Source of the DNA: a virus
Taxonomy: Duplodnaviria; Heunggongvirae; Uroviricota; Caudoviricetes
Reading direction: 5' to 3' (one strand)
Length of the DNA: 31,007 nucleotides
IMG/VR virus record: IMGVR_UViG_2917881069_000004
Shown: positions 18,204 through 26,349 of the stretch, in pieces
How positions within the stretch are numbered: position 1 is the first letter of the stretch
How the letters are laid out: each line of letters starts with the position of its first letter
The notes under the pieces: model-generated
Seen by the model: the letters and a program-made list of their open reading frames with translations, nothing else
The model's database searches: none
What the model was told of the DNA's origin: nothing
Made by a program: the position numbers and the translations under genes

Positions 18204-18628
18204 ACCGGTTGCTGCTGGTTGTGCTGGTGTTATTACTGGCGGCGCTGGGCTGGCAGACGTGGCGGCTGGCTGATGCCAGCCAGACCATCACCACGCAGGC
18301 AGACGAGCTGCAGAGCAAAAGCCAGGCACTGGCAAAGAGCAACAGCCAGCTTATCAGCCTGTCCATTCTGACTGAAACCAACAACCGGGAGCAGGCGCGA
18401 CTCTATGCCGAAGCAGAACAGACCAGCGCGCTGCTGAGACAACGACAACACCGGATCGAGGAACTGAAACGTGAGAACGAGGATTTACGCCGCTGGGCTG
18501 ATACTCCTTTGCCTGCTGACATTATCCGGCTGCGGGAACGGCCGACACTCACCGGAGGTGCAGCTTACCGTCAGTGGTTGTCCGCGAGTGACGCCGTGTC
18601 GGCTGGGGCAGGAAGCGCCGCGCACTAA
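18200..18628 (+). CDS. lysB: Rz-like inner-membrane spanin (P2 LysB-like)
   Basis: N-terminal transmembrane segment (LLLVVLVLLLAALGW) followed by a coiled periplasmic region. Confidence 0.7.
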   Translation: MNRLLLVVLVLLLAALGWQTWRLADASQTITTQADELQSKSQALAKSNSQLISLSILTETNNREQARLYAEAEQTSALLRQRQHRIEELKRENEDLRRWADTPLPADIIRLRERPTLTGGAAYRQWLSASDAVSAGAGSAAH

Positions 18629-18761
18629 CGGTGACCTGAACGCGTTGCTGGATGAAACGGAGGCCGCCTGGGCGGTCTGTGCAGACAAAGTGGACATGAT
18701 TATTGCGTGTCAGGAGCGAAACAGTGAACAAACCACAATCCCTGCGCCATGCCCTCAATAA
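18471..18761 (+). CDS. lysC: Rz1-like outer-membrane lipoprotein spanin, overlapping lysB in another frame (P2 LysC-like)
   Basis: MRTRIYAAGLILLCLLTLSGC has a lipobox; overlaps the 3' part of lysB in a different frame. Confidence 0.65.
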   Translation: MRTRIYAAGLILLCLLTLSGCGNGRHSPEVQLTVSGCPRVTPCRLGQEAPRTNGDLNALLDETEAAWAVCADKVDMIIACQERNSEQTTIPAPCPQ

Positions 18762-19155
18762 AGCGGTGCCTTATGTCCGTCATAACCCGGACAAACTGCA
18801 TCTGTTTGTGGATAACGGTTCGCTGGTTGCCACGGGGGCCAGCTCCATGTCATGGGAGTACCGTTACACCCTGAACGTGGTGATTGAGGATTTCAGCGGC
18901 GACCAGAATCTGCTGATGGCACCGGTTTTGCTGTGGCTGCGGGATAACCAGCCCGATGCCATCAATAACCCGGCGTTACGGGAAAAGCTATTCACCTTTG
19001 AGGTGGATATTTTGCGCAACGATGTCTGTGATATCAGCCTTAACCTGCAACTGACGGAGCGTGTGCTGGTCAGCACTGACGGCAGTGTGTCGAGTGTTGA
19101 AGCTGTAGCGGAACCCGATGAACCTGAAGAAATGTGGACGGTGAAACGTGGCTGA
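18703..19155 (+). CDS. R: Tail completion protein (P2 gpR-like)
   Basis: 150 aa; position after the lysis cassette. Exact start uncertain (a GTG near 18724 with GGAGCG upstream is an alternative). Confidence 0.65.
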   Translation: MRVRSETVNKPQSLRHALNKAVPYVRHNPDKLHLFVDNGSLVATGASSMSWEYRYTLNVVIEDFSGDQNLLMAPVLLWLRDNQPDAINNPALREKLFTFEVDILRNDVCDISLNLQLTERVLVSTDGSVSSVEAVAEPDEPEEMWTVKRG

Positions 19156-19595
19156 ACTGCAGAAGGTGGACGACTGGCTGAATGCCTTGCTGGCGAATCT
19201 GGAACCAGCCGCCAGAAGCCGCATGATGCGCCAGCTGGCGCAGGAACTGCGCCGGACACAGCAGCAGAACATCAGGATGCAGCGCAATCCTGATGGCAGC
19301 AGCTATGAACCGAGGCGAGTAACAGCACGCAGTAAAAAAGGCCGTATCAAAACGTCAGATGTTTGCAAAGCTGCGCACCACAAAATACCTGAAAACCGCC
19401 GCCAGCGCCGACTCTGCCAGCGTCCAGTTTGAAGGCAAGGTACAGCGCATTGCCCGTGTTCATCACTACGGCCTGCGCGATCGCGTCAGTCGTAAGGGAC
19501 CGGAGGTCCGTTACGCAGAGCGTCGCCTTCTGGGTGTAAATGATGATGTTGAGGCAATGACCCGTGACATGATTCTGCAATGGCTGGCGGGGTGA
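19148..19595 (+). CDS. S: Tail completion protein (P2 gpS-like); apparent 1-nt frame shift near 19340
   Basis: Track ORFs 19148..19432 and 19359..19595 join to about 149 aa (P2 S is 150 aa) if an aaaa run is aaa (..GRIKRQMFAKLRTTKY..). Confidence 0.7.
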
Positions 19596-19599
19596 TCTT

Positions 19600-19617
19600 T
19601 GTATCAGCACTGATACA
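19600..19617 (+). promoter_or_regulatory. Late-promoter activator dyad TGT-N12-ACA (PV-like)
   Basis: Perfect palindrome TGTATCAGCACTGATACA, centred about 55 nt upstream of the V ATG. Confidence 0.55.
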
Positions 19618-19663
19618 AGTTGCAGCACTGCCGCCTTTCTTCCCCTGATGGCAACCTTTCCCT

Positions 19664-20242
19664 ATGAACGCACAATTAACCGAAATCATGCGCCTTATCA
19701 CCAATCTGATCCGCACAGGTGTAGTCACCGAAGTGGACCGGGAAAACTGGCTGTGTCGGGTGAAAACGGGCGACCTTGAAACTAACTGGATCAGTTGGCT
19801 GACGCTGCGTGCCGGGAATGCCCGCACATGGTGGCGACCATCGGAAGGTGAGCAGGTGGTGCTGCTGAGTCTGGGAGGCAATCTGGAAACCGCCTTTGCG
19901 CTGCCCGCTGTCTATTCGAATCACTTCGCGCCACCGTCGACGTCGGCGGAAGCCTGCGTGACAGAACATCCTGACGGTGGCTGGTTTGAATACGAACCCA
20001 CCACCGGGCGCTGGTATGTCAGGGGCATCAAATCCATGGTCATTGAGGCTGCCGACAACATAACCCTGAAAACCAGTGAGTTTGTACTGGAGGCTGACCG
20101 CACACGTATTAACAGTGAAGTGGTGATCAATGGTGGCGTTACCCAGGGCGGCGGAGCGATGAGTTCTAACGGGATCGTGGTTGATGCACATCAGCATACT
20201 GGCGTCCTGAAAGGCGGCGACACAACCGGAGGCCCGGTATGA
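19664..20242 (+). CDS. V: Baseplate spike protein (P2 gpV-like)
   Basis: 192 aa; N-terminus IRTGVVTEVD, WLCRVKTG, WLTLRAG resembles P2 V as recalled. Confidence 0.8.
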   Translation: MNAQLTEIMRLITNLIRTGVVTEVDRENWLCRVKTGDLETNWISWLTLRAGNARTWWRPSEGEQVVLLSLGGNLETAFALPAVYSNHFAPPSTSAEACVTEHPDGGWFEYEPTTGRWYVRGIKSMVIEAADNITLKTSEFVLEADRTRINSEVVINGGVTQGGGAMSSNGIVVDAHQHTGVLKGGDTTGGPV

Positions 20243-20598
20243 CGCTTTATAGCGGGATGAACAATACCAGCGGTAAAGCCATTACTGATATTGACCATCT
20301 GCGCCAGTCGGTGCGGGACATTCTGCTGACACCGCAGGGTAGCCGTATTGCCCGTCGTGAATATGGTTCCCTGCTGTCGGCACTGATAGATCAGCCACAA
20401 AATCCGGCGTTACGCCTGCAGGTCATGTCGGCAGTGTATGTGGCGCTGAGTCGCTGGGAGCCACGGCTGACGCTGGATTCCATCACCATCAACAGCAATT
20501 TTGACGGTTCAATGGTGGTGGAGCTGACCGGGCGGCGTAATAACGGTGTGCCTGTTTCCCTTTCCGTATCAACAGGAGCAGAGAATGGCAGTGATTGA
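20239..20598 (+). CDS. W: Baseplate wedge protein, gp25/GPW family (P2 gpW-like)
   Basis: 119 aa with DIDHLRQSVRDILLTPQGSRIARREYGSLL, typical of GPW/gp25. Confidence 0.8.
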   Translation: MTLYSGMNNTSGKAITDIDHLRQSVRDILLTPQGSRIARREYGSLLSALIDQPQNPALRLQVMSAVYVALSRWEPRLTLDSITINSNFDGSMVVELTGRRNNGVPVSLSVSTGAENGSD

Positions 20599-21493
20599 CC
20601 TTTCGCAGTTACCTGCACCGCAGATTGTCGATGTGCCGGACTTTGAGACGCTACTTGCCGAACGCAAGGCTGAATTTGTGGCGCTTCATCCGAAAGATGA
20701 ACAGGAAGCTGTGATGCGTACGCTGGATCTGGAATCTGAACCCGTCACTAAATTGTTGCAGGAAAACGCTTACCGTGAGTTGCTTCTGCGCCAGCGCATT
20801 AACGAAGCCGCGCAGGCGGTGATGGTGGCTTATGCGATGGGCGGTGATCTGGACCAGCTCGCTGCCAACTACAACGTGACACGCCTGACGGTGACGCCTG
20901 CTGATAATGACGCTGTGCCGCCCGTTGCGGCTGTGATGGAAAGCGATGAAGCGTTACGCCTGCGTGTGCCTGCAGCCTTTGAAGGACTTTCAGTTGCGGG
21001 GCCAACTGCAGCTTATGAATTTCATGCCCGAAGCGCCGACGGTCGGGTGGCGGATGCCAGTGCAACCAGTCCGGCGCCTGCAGAGGTGGTGCTGACTGTC
21101 CTTAGCCGCGAAGGCGACGGAACAGCAGAAAAAGACCTGCTGGATGTGGTGGAGAACGCCCTGAACAGTGAGAGCGTCCGCCCGGTGGCTGACCGTCTGA
21201 CGGTTCGCAGCGCAGAAATCATCCCGTACCGCGTGGAAGCCACCATTTTTCTCTATCCGGGGCCGGAAGCAGAGCCGGTAATGGCAGCGGCAAAAGCCAG
21301 CCTGCAGAAGTACATCGCCAGTCAGACGCGGCTTGGTCGGGATATTCGCCGTAGTGCCATCTTTGCCGCCCTGCATGTTGAGGGTGTTCAACGTGTGGAA
21401 CTGGCTTCCCCGCAGGCGGATGTGGTCCTGAACAAAACGCAGGCGGCATCATGTACGCAGTGGAGCGTGACCAACGGGGGAACGGATGAATAG
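20585..21493 (+). CDS. J: Baseplate protein (P2 gpJ-like)
   Basis: Start at MAVIDLSQLP with AGGAGCAGAGA upstream; 302 aa, the same as P2 J. Confidence 0.8.
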   Translation: MAVIDLSQLPAPQIVDVPDFETLLAERKAEFVALHPKDEQEAVMRTLDLESEPVTKLLQENAYRELLLRQRINEAAQAVMVAYAMGGDLDQLAANYNVTRLTVTPADNDAVPPVAAVMESDEALRLRVPAAFEGLSVAGPTAAYEFHARSADGRVADASATSPAPAEVVLTVLSREGDGTAEKDLLDVVENALNSESVRPVADRLTVRSAEIIPYRVEATIFLYPGPEAEPVMAAAKASLQKYIASQTRLGRDIRRSAIFAALHVEGVQRVELASPQADVVLNKTQAASCTQWSVTNGGTDE

Positions 21494-22091
21494 TCTGCTG
21501 CCACCGGGTTCAACGCCACTGGAGCGCCGACTGGCGCAAGCGTGCAGCGGGATTTCTGATTTGCAGGTACCGCTGCGTGACCTGTGGGATCCGGCTACCT
21601 GTCCGGTCAGTTTCCTGCCTTATCTCGCCTGGGCGTTCTCTGTGGATCGCTGGGACGAGGACTGGACGGAAAGCGTCAAGCGCCAGGTGGTAAAGGATGC
21701 TTTTTATATCCATCAGCATAAAGGAACCACCAGTGCCGTGCGGCGGGTGGTGGAGCCGTTCGGCTTTCTGATCCGCATTATTGAGTGGTGGCAGACCGGA
21801 GAGACACCGGGCACGTTTCGCCTGGACATCGGCGTGCAGGACCAGGGCATCACTGAAGATACCTATCTGGAACTTGAGCGGCTGATAAGCGATGCCAAAC
21901 CATGTAGCCGTCACATGATCGGCATGTCCATCAATCTGCAGACCAGCGGCCCGCATTGGGTGGGGGCAGCCAGTTATCTTGGCGAAGAAATCACGATCTA
22001 TCCGTATATCAACGAAACAATTATTTCTGGCGGCACCGCGCATGAAGGCGGGGCGGTCCACGTTATTGACACAGTGAGAGTGAATCCATGA
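21486..22091 (+). CDS. I: Baseplate/tail protein (P2 gpI-like)
   Basis: 201 aa, overlapping J's stop; position before the tail fibre gene. Confidence 0.75.
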   Translation: MNSLLPPGSTPLERRLAQACSGISDLQVPLRDLWDPATCPVSFLPYLAWAFSVDRWDEDWTESVKRQVVKDAFYIHQHKGTTSAVRRVVEPFGFLIRIIEWWQTGETPGTFRLDIGVQDQGITEDTYLELERLISDAKPCSRHMIGMSINLQTSGPHWVGAASYLGEEITIYPYINETIISGGTAHEGGAVHVIDTVRVNP

Positions 22092-23491
22092 GCACAAAAT
22101 TTTATACCCTGCTGACGGAGATTGGTGCGGCGAAACTTGCCAGCGCCGCCGCGCTCGGTGTGCCGCTTAAAATTACCCATATGGCGGTGGGGGATGGTAG
22201 TGGAGCATTGCCGACGCCGGACGCAAAGCAGACTGCACTGGTAAATGAGAAACGCCGGGCTGCGCTGAATATGCTCTATATCGACCCGCAAAACAGCAGT
22301 CAGATTATTGCTGAACAGGTGATCCCTGAAAACGAGGGCGGTTGGTGGATACGTGAAGTGGGACTTTTTGATGAGTCAGGGGCATTGATTGCCGTGGGCA
22401 ACTGCCCGGAAAGCTACAAGCCGCAACTGGCTGAAGGCAGCGGGCGCACCCAGACTGTGCGCATGGTGCTGATTACCAGCAGCACGGAGAATATCATCCT
22501 GAAAATCGACCCTGCCGTCGTGCTGGCAACCCGCAAGTATGTGGATGATAAGGTACTGGAGCTGAAGGTGTACGTGGATGACCTGATGGCAAAACATCTT
22601 GCCGCACCGGACCCGCATTCACAGTACGCGCCAAAAGCCAGCCCGACGTTTACCGGAACCCCCAAAGCGCCAACTCCAGAGGCAGGGAATAACACCACGC
22701 AGGTTGCGACCACCGCGTTTGTTCAGGCGGCACTGCTCACCCTGATTGACGGTGCGCCAGCCACGCTGGACACGCTGAAAGAAATTGCAGCTGCTATTAA
22801 TAATGACCCGAAATTCAGTACCACCATTAACAATGCGCTGGCACTCAAAGCACCGCTGTCGAGTCCTGCACTCACCGGAACGCCAACAGCACCTACTGCG
22901 GCACAGTCGGTCAACAATACACAGATTGCCACCACGGCTTTTGTGAAATCGGCAATTGCGGCAATGGTGGGTTCTGCACCTGCGGCACTGGATACGCTGA
23001 ACGAACTGGCGGCGGCGCTGGGGAATGACCCGAACTTTGCCACGACAATGCTCAATTCGCTGGCGGGAAAACAACCGCTGGATAATACGCTGACTAATTT
23101 GAGTGGAAAGGATGTTGCTGGTCTTCTCGCATACCTTGGTTTGGGAGAAGCGGCAAAACGGGATGTGGGAACGGGGGTAAATCAGATACCGGATATGAGC
23201 TTTCAGGGTTATGGGCCTAATTGGGTCAAAACTGTAGGTGGAATGATTATTCAAAAGGGATCGCTGGGATTTAGTATTGGTTCAAATCTATCAAGCACTA
23301 CATTTCCGATCGCGTTTGCTTCAGGGGCAGTAGTCAATCTAACGTGGTCTGACGTCACGTCAGGTGGCGCAGCTCCGGGGACTACAATGTCTTATGGAAT
23401 AGTCGTGGGGTCACAAACCAGGACAGGTTTTCAGGCCTGGATGAGTGGTGCCGGTGGATTCAACCTCTCATATATAGCTGTGGGGTATTGA
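22088..23491 (+). CDS. H: Tail fibre protein (P2 gpH-like)
   Basis: 467 aa. N-terminus MSTKFYTLLTEIGAAKLASAAALG is typical of P2-family fibres; internal tandem motifs (PTFTGTPKAPT..TTAFVQAAL / PALTGTPTAPT..TTAFVKSAI). Confidence 0.85.
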   Translation: MSTKFYTLLTEIGAAKLASAAALGVPLKITHMAVGDGSGALPTPDAKQTALVNEKRRAALNMLYIDPQNSSQIIAEQVIPENEGGWWIREVGLFDESGALIAVGNCPESYKPQLAEGSGRTQTVRMVLITSSTENIILKIDPAVVLATRKYVDDKVLELKVYVDDLMAKHLAAPDPHSQYAPKASPTFTGTPKAPTPEAGNNTTQVATTAFVQAALLTLIDGAPATLDTLKEIAAAINNDPKFSTTINNALALKAPLSSPALTGTPTAPTAAQSVNNTQIATTAFVKSAIAAMVGSAPAALDTLNELAAALGNDPNFATTMLNSLAGKQPLDNTLTNLSGKDVAGLLAYLGLGEAAKRDVGTGVNQIPDMSFQGYGPNWVKTVGGMIIQKGSLGFSIGSNLSSTTFPIAFASGAVVNLTWSDVTSGGAAPGTTMSYGIVVGSQTRTGFQAWMSGAGGFNLSYIAVGY

Positions 23492-23919
23492 TAATGAAAT
23501 ACAGATATTCTGGCGAGACAAATTCTTTTTATCCCTGGGCATTATTTGATGATTACACGCGAGTTAATGCATGGCCTGAAAATGGGGTGGATGTTGACGA
23601 AGATATTTTTACGGAATATAGCGGCACACCGCCAGAAGGCAAAACTCGCGGCCCGGATGTTAATGGGAAACCATCATGGATAGATGCACAGCCACCATCT
23701 AAAAAAGAACAAATTATCGCTGCGGACTTTCAGAAATCAGCATTACTGGCGGAGGCAACGGCGATTATCGCCCCACTGGCAGATGCTCAGGCAGGAGGCT
23801 ACATCGACGATGTTGACGTGCCACGTCTGGCTGAATGGCAGCGGTACCGCTACAAACTGACTAAAGTCGATACCAGTACCGCGCCTGACATTACCTTTCC
23901 ACCGAAGCCGGAGGTGTAG
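23488..23919 (+). CDS. G: Tail fibre assembly chaperone (P2 gpG-like)
   Basis: 143 aa with C-terminus ..YRYKLTKVDTSTAPDITFPPKPEV, typical of Tfa chaperones. Confidence 0.8.
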   Translation: MIMKYRYSGETNSFYPWALFDDYTRVNAWPENGVDVDEDIFTEYSGTPPEGKTRGPDVNGKPSWIDAQPPSKKEQIIAADFQKSALLAEATAIIAPLADAQAGGYIDDVDVPRLAEWQRYRYKLTKVDTSTAPDITFPPKPEV

Positions 23920-24028
23920 GCCATTTGATATCTGGTGCGATGGTCGTATCTACCACCTCAAGCGCATCCAGATAATCTGGCCATGTATAGAAAATTTCCG
24001 GCAAATAAGAGCAATGAATCGCCCTGAA
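23894..24028 (-). pseudogene. Remnant of an inverted second tail-fibre-assembly gene (C-terminal 45 codons, no start codon)
   Basis: Minus-strand open frame reads ..LPEIFYTWPDYLDALEVVDTTIAPDIKWPTPPASVER, parallel to the C-terminus of G (VDTSTAPDITFP). It converges tail-to-tail on G and overlaps its last codons. Confidence 0.5.
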
Positions 24029-24075
24029 TCAGCATTATTTTGATTTTTTCTGTGAGCGGACAAATACCGTCATTT

Positions 24076-24093
24076 TGTGTGAATAACGGTACA
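24076..24093 (+). promoter_or_regulatory. Late-promoter activator dyad TGT-N12-ACA (PF-like)
   Basis: TGTgtgaataacggtACA, centred about 85 nt upstream of the FI ATG; CAGGAGG RBS at 24155-24161. Confidence 0.55.
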
Positions 24094-24169
24094 ACTGCGC
24101 TTAGCTGTTTGTCAGGCACAATCACTTCAATATAGGGCGAAGCCTAATCCAATCAGGAGGTTCGCCACT

Positions 24170-25341
24170 ATGGCTCAGGATTACCACCACGGGGTGCGCG
24201 TTGTTGAAGTCAACGAAGGCACCCGATCCATTACCACGGTGAGCACCGCCATCGTGGGTATGGTCTGCACGGGCGATGATGCCGATGCAAAAATGTTTCC
24301 TCTTAATAAACCCGTGCTGATCACTGATGTACTGACCGCCAGCGGTAAAGCGGGTGAGTCCGGCACGCTGGCCCGTTCGCTGGATGCCATCGCTGACCAG
24401 GCAAAACCCGTGACCGTTGTTGTGCGTGTGCCGCAGGGTGAAACGGAAGAAGAAACCACGACCAATATCATCGGCGCAGTGACTGCTGAAGGTAAAAAAA
24501 CAGGCATGAAAGCCCTGTTATCTGCCCAGACACAGCTCGGCGTTAAACCGCGCATTCTCGGCGTGCCAGGTCACGATAACAAAGCCGTTGCTACTGAGTT
24601 GCTGAGTGTGGCGCAAAGCTGCGTGGGTTTGCCTACCTGTCAGCGTATGGCTGCAAGACGGTACAGGAGGCGATCACTTACCGTGAAAACTTCAGCCAGC
24701 GCGAAGGAATGCTGATCTGGCCTGACTTTACTGGCTGGGACACGGTGCTGAATGCCGAAGCAATGGCATATGCCACCGCTCGTGCGCTTGGTCTGCGTGC
24801 CAAAATTGATGAGCAGACCGGGTGGCACAAAAGCCTGTCCAACGTGGGCGTGAACGGTGTCACCGGAATTTCTGCAGATGTGTTCTGGGATCTGCAGGAC
24901 CCGGCAACCGATGCAGGTCTGCTGAACCAGAACGACGTCACCACGCTTGTGCGTAAAGACGGGTTCCGCTTCTGGGGTTCCCGCTGTCTGAGCGATGATC
25001 CGCTCTTTGCCTTCGAAAACTACACCCGCACGGCGCAGGTGCTGACGGACACAATGGCAGAAGCGCATATGTGGGCGGTGGACAAACCGCTGAACCCGTC
25101 GCTGGCCCGCGACATTATCGAAGGTATCCGCGCCAAAATGCGCAGCCTGGTCAGTCAGGGCTATCTCATTGGTGGTGATTGCTGGCTGGACGAGTCGGTG
25201 AATGACAAAGACACGCTGAAAGCCGGAAAACTCACCATCGATTACGACTACACGCCAGTACCGCCACTTGAAAACCTGATGCTGCGTCAGCGCATCACCG
25301 ATCAGTACCTGGTGAATTTCTCCAGCCAGGTAAGCGCGTAA
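24170..25341 (+). CDS. FI: Tail sheath protein (P2 gpFI-like); apparent 1-nt frame shift near 24616-24620
   Basis: Track ORFs 24170..24715 and 24709..25341 sum to about 390 aa (P2 FI is about 396 aa). The frame is restored if caaag is caaaag (..[41 protein letters not shown]..). Confidence 0.8.
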
Positions 25342-25350
25342 GGGGGCAAC

Positions 25351-25866
25351 ATGGCTTTACCACGTAAATTAAAACACCTGAACCTGTTTAATGACGGGAA
25401 CAACTGGCAGGGGATCGTTGAGTCGCTGACGCTGCCGAAATTCACCCGCAAATATGAGAAGTATCGCGGCGGCGGAATGCCGGGTGCGGTGGATGTGGAT
25501 CTGGGGCTGGATGACGGCGCACTGGATACTGAATTTTCCATTGGCGGTACTGAGCTACTGCTGTTTAAGCAGATGGGCAAAGCTACGGTGGATGGCATCC
25601 AGCTGCGCTTTACCGGCTCTATCCAGCGTGACGATACCGGGGAAGTGCAGGCCGTGGAGCTTGTAGTGCGTGGACGTCACAAAGAAGTGGATTCCGGCGA
25701 GTGGAAGACGGGCGAAAGCAACACCACCAAAGTGACCAGTACCAACAGCTACGCGAAGCTGACCATCAATGGTGAGGTGCTTTATGAAGTGGACCTTATC
25801 AACATGGTGGAAATTGTGGACGGTGTGGACCTGATGGAAGCGCACCGCAACGCCCTCGGCCTCTGA
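25351..25866 (+). CDS. FII: Tail tube protein (P2 gpFII-like)
   Basis: 171 aa directly after the sheath gene. Confidence 0.85.
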   Translation: MALPRKLKHLNLFNDGNNWQGIVESLTLPKFTRKYEKYRGGGMPGAVDVDLGLDDGALDTEFSIGGTELLLFKQMGKATVDGIQLRFTGSIQRDDTGEVQAVELVVRGRHKEVDSGEWKTGESNTTKVTSTNSYAKLTINGEVLYEVDLINMVEIVDGVDLMEAHRNALGL

Positions 25867-25920
25867 TGTATCTGAACGGCGCGGATTGCCGCGCCAGAAC
25901 CCAATTTACAGGACAACAAA

Positions 25921-26223
25921 ATGAGCGATAAGCAGACTGAAAAGACCATTCAACTGGATACTCCCATCATGCGCGGTAAAACAGAAATTACCGAAATTGT
26001 GTTGCGTAAACCGCAGTCCGGTGCGCTGCGCGGCACACGCCTGCAGGCCATTATGGATATGGATGTGAACGCGATGATGACCGTGATCCCCCGCATCTCC
26101 AGTCCGGCACTGACTGCACAGGAAATTGCAGAGCTGGATCCGGCAGATCTCACTGCCATGTCGGTTGAGGTTGTCACTTTTTTGTTGAAGAAGTCGGTGC
26201 TTGCCGGTTTACCGACAGCCTGA
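25921..26223 (+). CDS. E: Tail assembly chaperone E; an E+E' fusion to 26357 is expected by -1 frame shift
   Basis: 100-aa ORF just upstream of the tape measure gene. The -1 frame is open from the slippery site to a stop at 26355-26357, overlapping the T start. Confidence 0.75.
   Translation: MSDKQTEKTIQLDTPIMRGKTEITEIVLRKPQSGALRGTRLQAIMDMDVNAMMTVIPRISSPALTAQEIAELDPADLTAMSVEVVTFLLKKSVLAGLPTA
26178..26184 (+). other. Programmed -1 ribosomal frameshift site (slippery heptamer T_TTT_TTG) for E/E+E'
   Basis: TTTTTTG in X_XXY_YYZ register relative to the E frame, at the conserved position near the 3' end of E. The equivalent chaperone frameshift is established for P2 E/E' and lambda G/GT. Confidence 0.7.
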
Positions 26224-26349
26224 CGGTTGACGATCTGGTGGCTGATATCGCCACCATCTTTCACTGGCCGCCATCCGTTACTGACGTTATGCCGCTGACC
26301 GAAGTGCTGGAATGGCGGTATAAAGCGATTCAGAGAAGCGGGGCCAGCC

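Noticed and set aside
22600-23060. Repetitive sequence in the tail fibre gene as a possible CRISPR or tandem-repeat array
   Set aside because: The repeats are in-frame protein repeats within H, imperfect and without spacer structure.
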